DNA of 59,455 nucleotides from NCBI GenBank assembly GCA_964443415.1, contig CAYUDC010000005.1:1-59455 (forward strand), written 5' to 3'. The translations under genes were made by a program, and so were the position numbers. Shown one piece after another: positions 1 to 7,600 of this stretch. The notes beneath the pieces are model-generated. The model was not told the origin of the DNA and did no database searches. It was given only the letters and a program-made list of their open reading frames with translations. This DNA comes from an uncultured Chitinophaga sp. GTDB lineage: Bacteria; Bacteroidota; Bacteroidia; UKL13-3. Each line of letters opens with the position of its first letter. Within the stretch, counting starts at the first letter, position 1.

Positions 1-233
1 GCTATCAAGCTAAAACTACTCGTACTCTTGCCAAAAGATTACGTGCAAGCACAGTTAAAAGTGAAGCAGAAGCTTTGCTAAAAGAAGTGAGTGCAATGTT
101 AGACAAGTTAGCTAAGCGTAACATTATTCATAAAAACAAAGCTGCCAATCAAAAATCAAAATTGGCAAAGGTTGTTAATAAGGTTGGAACTGCAGTAGTA
201 GCAGAGAAAAAAGTTACTCGTAAAAAGAAATAA
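1..233 (+). CDS. rpsT: 30S ribosomal protein S20, C-terminal part (5' end lies outside the window)
   Basis: Frame 3 reads YQAKTTRTLAKRLRAS...LAKRNIIHKNKAANQKSKLAKVV...KKVTRKKK with TAA at 231-233. The HKNKAAxxKSxL motif and lysine-rich tail are typical of S20. A terminator hairpin follows. Confidence 0.85.
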   Translation, partial: YQAKTTRTLAKRLRASTVKSEAEALLKEVSAMLDKLAKRNIIHKNKAANQKSKLAKVVNKVGTAVVAEKKVTRKKK

Positions 234-253
234 TCATTGATTTTATATCATGA

Positions 254-283
254 AAAAGACCTCCCTTGGAGGTCTTTTTTTTT
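254..283 (+). terminator. Rho-independent terminator after rpsT
   Basis: Stem agacctcc (257-264), loop ctt, stem ggaggtct (268-275), followed by a run of T to 283. Confidence 0.8.
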
Positions 284-338
284 CCTATTTACCAGATTAA
301 GTTGCTCTTAGAATGGTGCATCTTCCATAGCCCTTTTC

Positions 339-346
339 TACTTTTG
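339..346 (+). promoter_or_regulatory. Bacteroidota-type -7 promoter box (TAnnTTTG) for radC
   Basis: TACTTTTG lies 4 nt upstream of the ATG at 351, which implies a leaderless or very short 5' UTR. Confidence 0.35.
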
Positions 347-350
347 AGCA

Positions 351-1049
351 ATGGAAACCTACGAAACAAATGTGGCTATTAAATTTTTAGCCGAGGATGA
401 AAAGCCTAGGGAAAAACTAATGCAATATGGCCCAAACCATTTATCAAATGCAGAGTTGCTAGCCATATTAATTAACAGCGGCAACAAAAAATCTTCAGCT
501 TTAACACTTGCCCGAAAAGCACTTGGGTCAGCCCAAAACGAACTTAGAAATCTACAAAAAATGAGTTGGAAAGAGCTTAGCCGTATTAATGGAATAGGTT
601 CTGCCAAAGCCGTGATGTTAACAGCTGCCTTTGAAATAGGCAAAAGGCAAAGGGAAGAAGAGGCAAAAAAAATAACAAAAATAAGATCGAGCCAAGAGGT
701 ATTCCTGCAATTTGAACATATACTAGAGGATAAAACCAATGAGGAATTTTGGATGCTTCTGCTTAATAGGGCTAATGGCATAATTTCTAAACAAAAAATA
801 AGCGTTGGCGGCATTTCTGGCACGGTAGTAGATCCAAAAGTAATCTTTGGATTGGCCCTAAATGAATCGGCTTCAGCTATCATACTTTGCCACAATCACC
901 CCTCAGGAAATCTTACTCCTAGTCAACAAGATATAGACATTACCAGAAAACTAAAAGAAGGAGGCAAACTGCTAGACATTCTGGTTCAAGACCATATTAT
1001 TATAGGTAATAAATCTTATTTCAGTTTTGCAGATGAAGGTTTAATGTAA
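351..1049 (+). CDS. radC: RadC-family JAB/MPN domain protein
   Basis: 232 aa. N-terminal HhH-like region (LSNAELLAILINSG). C-terminal JAMM motif (ILCHNHPSGNLTPSQQD). Confidence 0.9.
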   Translation: METYETNVAIKFLAEDEKPREKLMQYGPNHLSNAELLAILINSGNKKSSALTLARKALGSAQNELRNLQKMSWKELSRINGIGSAKAVMLTAAFEIGKRQREEEAKKITKIRSSQEVFLQFEHILEDKTNEEFWMLLLNRANGIISKQKISVGGISGTVVDPKVIFGLALNESASAIILCHNHPSGNLTPSQQDIDITRKLKEGGKLLDILVQDHIIIGNKSYFSFADEGLM

Positions 1050-1054
1050 AATCT

Positions 1055-1062
1055 TATTTTTG
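1055..1062 (+). promoter_or_regulatory. -7 promoter box (TAnnTTTG) for the gtrA-like gene
   Basis: TATTTTTG lies 7 nt upstream of the ATG at 1070. Confidence 0.3.
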
Positions 1063-1069
1063 AGGCCCC

Positions 1070-1588
1070 ATGGTACTATCCAATATTACTCGATTCAGAA
1101 AATGGATTAAACAATATCCAACCGCCAAAAAATTCATCAAATTTGGAATTGTAGGCGCAACAAGCGCTTCTGTAAGCTTAGGTGTTTTTTGGCTCCTTGT
1201 GAATCAATTTCCTGCATTAAACCTTTTATCAAAAGCCATTGGATATATTATGGGCTTTTTTGTAGGCTTTACCTTAAATAAATTTTGGACCTACATTGAC
1301 CAAACGGAGGAAGACGAAAAATACCTACTAAAGTATATTTTGGTTTATGCCGTAACATTTGTGATATACCTTGCCCTAAACTTTGTATTCGACCACTTTT
1401 TACACCCCAATGAGTGGTTTGCAGTGATAACTCAAGGAATATTTGAAAACAGGTTAAGTAGTTGGCTAAACGAGAACGGCCCGCTAGTTTCTAATGTGCT
1501 AGCTATTTTTATCAATATTTTCTTGAACTTCTTTGGCACAAACAAACTTGTTTTTAGGGTGCCCGAACCAGACCATTTATTTGATTAA
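1070..1588 (+). CDS. GtrA-family membrane protein (candidate flippase for a polyprenyl-phosphate-linked sugar)
   Basis: 172 aa. The N-terminal KFIKFGIVGATSASVSLGVFWLLV is the typical GtrA opening. About 4 hydrophobic helices and a C-terminal NKLVFR-type end. Confidence 0.7.
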   Translation: MVLSNITRFRKWIKQYPTAKKFIKFGIVGATSASVSLGVFWLLVNQFPALNLLSKAIGYIMGFFVGFTLNKFWTYIDQTEEDEKYLLKYILVYAVTFVIYLALNFVFDHFLHPNEWFAVITQGIFENRLSSWLNENGPLVSNVLAIFINIFLNFFGTNKLVFRVPEPDHLFD

Positions 1589-1746
1589 CACTTGTAAAAA
1601 GGAATTTATTAAAAAAATTTAATTCCTAATAAGGCTTAGTCTTCATTATTCATTAATTTCTTATAAATATAAGATTAAAATTTCGCATTATTTTTCTATA
1701 ATTGAAACTGAAAATATTTAAATCCAAATCATTCAGTGAATAAAAA

Positions 1747-2229
1747 ATGAAAAATATTGATATCACTTGCGAGATACACCCACTGGCATTAATAGAAGAT
1801 GGTGTCTCTATAGGAAAAAATACGAAAATTGGTCCTTTCTGTATTGTAAGAAAGGGTGCTGTAATAGGTGACAATTGCAAGTTTACCGCATATTGTGAAA
1901 TAAGAGAAAATGTTATTATTGGAAATGGAACTACCTTTGGTAGTAGATGTACAATTTCTGCGAATGCGATAATCGGTAATAATGTAGTAATTAAATATGG
2001 TTTTGTTCTAACTGATACTCCAGATCTTGCCGAAGGGGAGCACAAAGTGGTGGGTAGCGTGGGTGATGAATGTTTAATCGGGGCAAATGTTACCCTAATG
2101 CCTGGATTCAATATTGGAAAAGGTGCCGTTATTGGAGCCTGTTCACAAGTTAGAAATAACATCGGGGAATTTGAAGTATGGTTTGGAAGCCCTGCAAAAC
2201 AACATAGAAAAATGGAAAATGAACATTGA
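1747..2229 (+). CDS. Left-handed beta-helix (hexapeptide-repeat) acyl/acetyltransferase
   Basis: 160 aa with successive [LIV]-G-x4 hexapeptide repeats (IGKNTKIGPFCIV..GAVIGDNCKF..IIGNGTTFG..IIGNNVVI..IGANVTL..IGKGAVIGA). Confidence 0.8.
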   Translation: MKNIDITCEIHPLALIEDGVSIGKNTKIGPFCIVRKGAVIGDNCKFTAYCEIRENVIIGNGTTFGSRCTISANAIIGNNVVIKYGFVLTDTPDLAEGEHKVVGSVGDECLIGANVTLMPGFNIGKGAVIGACSQVRNNIGEFEVWFGSPAKQHRKMENEH

Positions 2230-2992
2230 GTTAAAAACTTGGGACACTGAATTTTTTAAAAGAAACATATATTCAGTTAATTTTTTCGATTACGACTTTA
2301 TTGATAAGAAGTCATTTACTGATAAGTTCTCTAATTTGTTTTTGTTTATTGATAAAGAGAAAGAGGGTCTTTTCGAAATTGTAATAGACTCTCAAAAGAT
2401 GCCCTTTCTTAGTATTATAGAGTCAAATGGATTTAGACTCGTTGATACAAAAATTAGTTTTGAAACAGAAATTCAAAAGTCTAACCCAAGAAATTATTCA
2501 TTCTCAGTTCCAGCTGGCTATTCTATAAAGCAATATGAAAAACAATATCTAAATGACTTATTGCAAATAGGTTACGACTATTTAATCGGAGACAAAAACT
2601 TATATAGTAGGTATAAATCGGATTACTATTCAGCCGATGAATGTGAGCTTTACTATTCTACTTGGATAAAAAATTCACTTGCTGACGAAAACACCTATTG
2701 CTCAATAATTGTAGAGGAAAACTCAAATATAGCTAAAGGATTCTTTATTTATAACAAACATAAGCCTAGAACATATAAAGGAATACTAGTTAGCATTAGT
2801 CCTGAGCTTAGGGGAAACAACTTACATTTAGGATTGCAAGAATATATTTTCAACGGCATTCAAGACGATTCCTTTATTGTTGAAAACGCCACACAACTTT
2901 CAAATCTTCCAGTTATAAAAAATCACTTTTTATCAAAACGAGAACCAAAAAAAATAGAATTTATTTATTTATTGGATAAACGAATAAATTAG
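2219..2992 (+). CDS. WecD-like GNAT acyltransferase (dTDP-fucosamine acetyltransferase-like)
   Basis: The N-terminus LKTWDTEFFKRNIY and the segment SRYKSDYYSADECELYYSTWIKNS parallel E. coli WecD (LTWENAFFG..., SRFRAPWY...FYAQWIENA). I place the start at the ATG at 2219, which overlaps the upstream gene by 11 nt. The supplied ORF start at 2114 lies inside the upstream gene. Confidence 0.65.
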   Translation: MNIELKTWDTEFFKRNIYSVNFFDYDFIDKKSFTDKFSNLFLFIDKEKEGLFEIVIDSQKMPFLSIIESNGFRLVDTKISFETEIQKSNPRNYSFSVPAGYSIKQYEKQYLNDLLQIGYDYLIGDKNLYSRYKSDYYSADECELYYSTWIKNSLADENTYCSIIVEENSNIAKGFFIYNKHKPRTYKGILVSISPELRGNNLHLGLQEYIFNGIQDDSFIVENATQLSNLPVIKNHFLSKREPKKIEFIYLLDKRIN

Positions 2993-2996
2993 CGCA

Positions 2997-3938
2997 ATGC
3001 TTCAGAATTCACTTTATTCAATTATCATTCCAGTTTACAATACTGCTGATTCCCTAATCATAATAAGTGAAAGAATAGAAAATGTCTTTGCTAATTTACC
3101 CAATAAGTCATTTGAAATTCTTTTTATTGATGATTGCTCAACTAATCCAAAATCATGGGAAACACTTTCCAAACTGCAGAGTCAAAATAATAAAATAAAA
3201 TGCATCAAATTCATGCGCAATTTTGGTCAACAGGCCGCCACTATCTGTGGAATGCGGCATGCAAAAGGCGATTTTATCATCACAATGGATGATGACCTAC
3301 AACACAGTCCGGAAGAAATAACAGAATTAATGAAGTGGGAAGTTCATGATGCAGTAATTGCCCAATTCAGCGATAAACAGCATACCTTCTCTAAAAAACT
3401 ATTTAGTAAGATAAAGTATTTCTTTGATAGAATAATCATTGGTAATCCCAAGAATATCAAATTGTCATCGTTTCGCTTAATAAATAAGGCTACTAAAGAT
3501 GCAATACTTTCTCAGGCAAACACCCCATACCCATTTATTTCTGCAATGCTATTTTATGCTACAAAAGATGTAAAAGGGGCTAATTTAATTCATTCAGCAA
3601 GAACTGAAGGCCAAACTGGATACACATTCTATAAGATGATAAAACTGTTTAGTAATCTATTGCTAAACAACTCTTCAATTTTGTTAAGATTAGTTGGAAA
3701 TTTTGGTATTTTCATTTCCATAGTTAGCTTTTCATTAAGCATGTATTTCCTATTCAAGAAACTAATTTGGGGTATAAAAATAGCAGGTTGGACATCTTTA
3801 ATAATTTCAATACTTTTTATAGGTGGCCTCATACTGTTTAGCTTAGGCCTAATTGGGGAATACCTCATAAGAATTATTAAAAGTACAGAAAACAAACCTC
3901 TTTACTTCATTAAGGTCACTAAAGGTATTGATGATTAA
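2997..3938 (+). CDS. Family-2 glycosyltransferase, ArnC/GtrB-like polyprenyl-phosphate sugar transferase with C-terminal TM helices
   Basis: 313 aa. YSIIIPVYN..., FIDDCSTN and the TMDDDLQH (DxD) motif. Two C-terminal transmembrane helices, as in ArnC, GtrB and DPM1-type enzymes. Confidence 0.8.
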   Translation: MLQNSLYSIIIPVYNTADSLIIISERIENVFANLPNKSFEILFIDDCSTNPKSWETLSKLQSQNNKIKCIKFMRNFGQQAATICGMRHAKGDFIITMDDDLQHSPEEITELMKWEVHDAVIAQFSDKQHTFSKKLFSKIKYFFDRIIIGNPKNIKLSSFRLINKATKDAILSQANTPYPFISAMLFYATKDVKGANLIHSARTEGQTGYTFYKMIKLFSNLLLNNSSILLRLVGNFGIFISIVSFSLSMYFLFKKLIWGIKIAGWTSLIISILFIGGLILFSLGLIGEYLIRIIKSTENKPLYFIKVTKGIDD

Positions 3939-3959
3939 GAAATAAACTCCTTTAAAAAA

Positions 3960-6779
3960 TTACTTACTCAAATACATGCTTTTCTCTTTGTACAAATGCC
4001 TAAAGTGCGGATCTTGTAAGTCTTTTATAAATCGTATGGCCTCTCCCGTTGATTTCATTTCAGGACCTAATTCCTTGTTTACATTAGGGAACTTTTCAAA
4101 ACTAAAAACTGGCTCCTTAATGGCATAACCTGTTAGTTTTCTTTCGAAAGTAAAGTCCTTTAATTTGTGTGTACCCAGCATTACTTTGGTTGCAATATTG
4201 ATGTATGGAATTTGGTATGCCTTTGCAATAAAAGGTACTGTTCTACTGGCTCTTGGATTAGCCTCTATCACATATACCTTTTCATTTTTTATAGCAAACT
4301 GAATATTCAATAAGCCCCTAATGTTCATGCTCTTTGCTAATTTGATGGCATATTCCTCCATTTTGGCTTGAACCGTCTCACTTAAGCTAAAAGGTGGTAA
4401 TACAGCAGAACTATCTCCCGAGTGAATTCCTGCAGGTTCAATGTGCTCCATCATGCCAACAATATGAACATCTTCTCCGTCACAAATTAAATCTATTTCG
4501 GCCTCCTCTGCTCTATCCAAAAAGTGGTCTATTAAACAACGATTGCCTGGCAAGTCTCCTAATAAGTCTATAACAGCTTGCTCTAAGTCTTCATCATTAA
4601 TAACAATCTTCATCCCTTGGCCACCTAATACATAACTTGGCCTTACTAAAACAGGATAACCCACTTTATTTGCTACAACAATGGCCTCTTCTGCATCTTC
4701 TGCCACTCCGTAATCTGGATAAGGAATCTCTAGTTCTTTCAATAAATCAGAGAAGCTTCCTCTATCTTCAGAAATATCCATGTCTGGGAAACTTGTACCA
4801 ATGATTTTAATCCCTAGTTCATGAAGCTTCCTTGCCAATTTAAGTGCTGTTTGGCCACCCAATTGAACTATCACACCTTCTGGCTTTTCTAAATCAATTA
4901 TTTCCCTTAGTGTTTCCCAAAAAACAGGTTCAAAGTACAACTTATCGGCCATGTCAAAGTCTGTACTCACTGTTTCAGGATTACAGTTAATCATAATGGC
5001 TTCAAAACCTGCCTCCTTTGCCGCCAATAGCCCGTGTACACAACTATAATCAAACTCAATTCCTTGCCCAATCCTATTTGGCCCAGAACCTAACACTATT
5101 ACCTTTTTTCTATTGCTAACCTTACTTTCGTTTTCACCATCAAATGACGAATAAAAATAATTGGTAGGCGATGGAAATTCAGCAGCACACGTATCTACCA
5201 TTTTGTAGATTCTATGCAAATTCAACCTTTTGCGCAAGTTCCAAACATCGTCTTCGGTAGTATCTCCACCTAATAAGTAGGCAATTTGAATATCACTATA
5301 TCCCTTTTGCTTTAATTCTACCAAAATTTCTTTAGGCAAATTTCCCAAGTTAAATCGCTTTGCATCATTTTCTAACCTAACCATATCATTGATTTGCGTT
5401 AGAAACCATCTATCTATTCTTGTTAATTTCTCCAATGAAGATATAGGCATACCAAGGCTTAAGGCATCCTTCACTGCAAATATTCGATCCCAACTTGGGT
5501 TCTTTAACTTCTCCACAATGTCTTCTAGTTTCCTTTGCTGGAATCCATCTGCCCCTAAACCATTGCGCTTTATTTCTAAACTCTGTGTAGCTTTTTGCAA
5601 AGCCTCTATAAAAGTTCTCCCAATACCCATTACTTCGCCAACCGACTTCATCTGTAGGCCAAGCGTTTTATTAGACCCTTTAAATTTATCAAAATTCCAA
5701 CGCGGAATTTTCACGATCACATAATCGATAGCTGGTTCAAAATAGGCAGAGGTAGTTTTAGTAACAGGGTTTTTTAATTCATCCAGATGATAACCAATAG
5801 CCAATTTAGCAGCAATTTTAGCAATGGGATAACCCGTAGCTTTTGAAGCTAAAGCCGAAGACCTTGAAACACGAGGATTAATTTCAACTGAAATTATGCT
5901 CTCATCTTCTGGGTTTACAGCAAATTGAACATTACAACCTCCCGCAAAATTTCCAATAGAGCGCATCATGTGAATAGCCATCGTGCGCATCTTTTGAAAA
6001 ACAGTATCGCTTAAGGTCATGGCAGGCGCAACCGTAATAGAGTCGCCAGTATGAATTCCCATTGGATCAAAATTCTCTATGGTACAAATAATTGCAACAC
6101 TATCATTTTTATCCCTTAACAGTTCTAATTCATACTCCTTCCAACCAAAAACAGCCTTTTCTACCAGCACCTCGTGGGTTGGAGACGCGGATAAACCTCT
6201 TTGTAAAGCCGCATCAAGCTCTTCTTTAACCCATACAAAACCTCCACCCGTTCCACCTAAAGTATAGGAAGGCCTAATAACCAATGGAAAACCAATTTTT
6301 TGTGCTATTTCTTTACCCTCCAAAAACGAATTTGCCACTTTCGAATCGGCAACAGGTACGCCAATATCAATCATCTTTTGGCGAAACTTCTCACGATTTT
6401 CTGTGGTGTCAATAGCCGCAATATCCACACCTATCATGCGCACATTGTATTTGCTCCACAAACCCATCTCATCACATTCAATAGCCAAATTTAAGGCTGT
6501 TTGACCTCCCATCGTTGGTAGCACTGCATCAATTTGGTGTTCCATCAATATTTTCTCGATCGAATCTGGCACCAATGGCAATAAATACACATGATCTGCT
6601 GTCACAGGATCTGTCATGATGGTAGCTGGGTTACTATTGATTAATATCACCTTAATCCCCTCTTCTTTAAGCGACCTAGCAGCTTGAGAACCACTATAAT
6701 CAAACTCACACGCTTGTCCAATTACAATTGGACCGCTACCGATAATCAAAACAGATTGGATACTTGTATCTTTTGGCAT
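3960..6779 (-). CDS. carB: Carbamoyl-phosphate synthase large subunit
   Basis: 939 aa. The N-terminus IGSGPIVIGQACEFDYSGSQA recurs internally as LGSGPNRIGQGIEFDYSCVH. Duplicated ATP-grasp architecture. Confidence 0.97.
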   Translation of the reverse strand: MPKDTSIQSVLIIGSGPIVIGQACEFDYSGSQAARSLKEEGIKVILINSNPATIMTDPVTADHVYLLPLVPDSIEKILMEHQIDAVLPTMGGQTALNLAIECDEMGLWSKYNVRMIGVDIAAIDTTENREKFRQKMIDIGVPVADSKVANSFLEGKEIAQKIGFPLVIRPSYTLGGTGGGFVWVKEELDAALQRGLSASPTHEVLVEKAVFGWKEYELELLRDKNDSVAIICTIENFDPMGIHTGDSITVAPAMTLSDTVFQKMRTMAIHMMRSIGNFAGGCNVQFAVNPEDESIISVEINPRVSRSSALASKATGYPIAKIAAKLAIGYHLDELKNPVTKTTSAYFEPAIDYVIVKIPRWNFDKFKGSNKTLGLQMKSVGEVMGIGRTFIEALQKATQSLEIKRNGLGADGFQQRKLEDIVEKLKNPSWDRIFAVKDALSLGMPISSLEKLTRIDRWFLTQINDMVRLENDAKRFNLGNLPKEILVELKQKGYSDIQIAYLLGGDTTEDDVWNLRKRLNLHRIYKMVDTCAAEFPSPTNYFYSSFDGENESKVSNRKKVIVLGSGPNRIGQGIEFDYSCVHGLLAAKEAGFEAIMINCNPETVSTDFDMADKLYFEPVFWETLREIIDLEKPEGVIVQLGGQTALKLARKLHELGIKIIGTSFPDMDISEDRGSFSDLLKELEIPYPDYGVAEDAEEAIVVANKVGYPVLVRPSYVLGGQGMKIVINDEDLEQAVIDLLGDLPGNRCLIDHFLDRAEEAEIDLICDGEDVHIVGMMEHIEPAGIHSGDSSAVLPPFSLSETVQAKMEEYAIKLAKSMNIRGLLNIQFAIKNEKVYVIEANPRASRTVPFIAKAYQIPYINIATKVMLGTHKLKDFTFERKLTGYAIKEPVFSFEKFPNVNKELGPEMKSTGEAIRFIKDLQDPHFRHLYKEKSMYLSK

Positions 6780-6818
6780 AATTAAACTTCCTCAGTGTAT
6801 TTATATGTATAAATTATG

Positions 6819-6826
6819 CAAAGTTA
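6819..6826 (-). promoter_or_regulatory. -7 promoter box for carB (TAACTTTG on the minus strand)
   Basis: caaagtta on the plus strand, 40 nt upstream of the carB ATG at 6779. Confidence 0.35.
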
Positions 6827-6984
6827 ACGCTCTTCATGGATTATAGAAAATAATATAGCAAATGTGGAAAGTTTCCTTCTTTTAATGCTATTTAAAGAGG
6901 AAAAAAACAGAAAAGTACCAAATTTTGGACACTGATATAAATTATGTGAATTACCAAAGCTTTGGCCCTAATTTGCAATGTTTT

Positions 6985-7557
6985 ATGAACCGTATCATTC
7001 AAATATTCTCGGCTATTAGTTTGTTGCTATTTGCAGGCTTAATCACTTGGGTAGTAAGTGAAAAGAATCTTGCACCTAACGATAGCTTGCAGGTATTATA
7101 TGAATCTAACATGAAGCCCTGCATGAATTATTGGACCACAGACCCTGCCTACACAGACACGGTAAGTATGCATATGCAGGCAATGAAATTGTACGATAAA
7201 GGAGAATACTCACTCGCTCTTTTGGCGTTTCAAAGGTTCGAGCCTAATGAAAAAGAATTAAGTCTTTATAATCTATATACTGGTATTTGCTTACTTGAAT
7301 CAAATTTTAACTTGCTAGCCATTAGCAGGTTTCAAGAAGCAATTGAAACCGGGAATAAGTTTGAAATTATCCAACTTAGCAAGTGGTACTTATCTTTGGC
7401 CTACTTAAAAAGTGGTAGGCAAAAAGAAGCTATTGAAACCCTAAAAAAACTAGTTGAAGTAAATGCTTCTCAAAGATATCAAGCAGAAAATATCATGAGA
7501 GAAATTGATATCGCAAGCAACCCTATCAATCACCTTTTGGTATTTGTAACAAAATAA
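6985..7557 (+). CDS. Membrane-anchored TPR-like repeat protein (hypothetical)
   Basis: From the ATG at 6985 the protein opens MNRIIQIFSAISLLLFAGLITWVV (N-terminal TM anchor), followed by TPR-like helices (YDKGEYSLALLAF..., AYLKSGRQKEAIETLKKL). The supplied start at 6925 is a TTG with no supporting features. Confidence 0.6.
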   Translation: MNRIIQIFSAISLLLFAGLITWVVSEKNLAPNDSLQVLYESNMKPCMNYWTTDPAYTDTVSMHMQAMKLYDKGEYSLALLAFQRFEPNEKELSLYNLYTGICLLESNFNLLAISRFQEAIETGNKFEIIQLSKWYLSLAYLKSGRQKEAIETLKKLVEVNASQRYQAENIMREIDIASNPINHLLVFVTK

Positions 7558-7600
7558 GCAACGAAACCTTCCTAGAAAGCTTCATTGCTTATTTTATTTA

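Noticed and set aside
359-895. 178-aa ORF antisense to radC. Similar long antisense ORFs occur at 1653-2162 opposite the hexapeptide acyltransferase gene, and at 34578-34946, 35064-35330, 18837-19154 and 50685-50993.
   Set aside because: Each lies wholly inside a well-supported gene on the other strand. Their composition is Ser/Leu/Ile/Phe-rich and low-complexity, and none has a recognisable motif, promoter box or plausible start context. They are shadow ORFs.
2114-2218. Upstream extension of the WecD-like ORF into the acyltransferase gene.
   Set aside because: It lies in an alternative frame of the hexapeptide-repeat gene. The WecD-like N-terminal motif (LKTWDTEFF) begins right after the ATG at 2219.
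7553-7593. Possible bidirectional terminator between the TPR gene and the TonB-dependent receptor gene (aataagcaa ... ttgcttatt).
   Set aside because: The 9-bp AT-rich stem has a 23-nt loop and weak flanking U-tracts, which is too weak to call with confidence.
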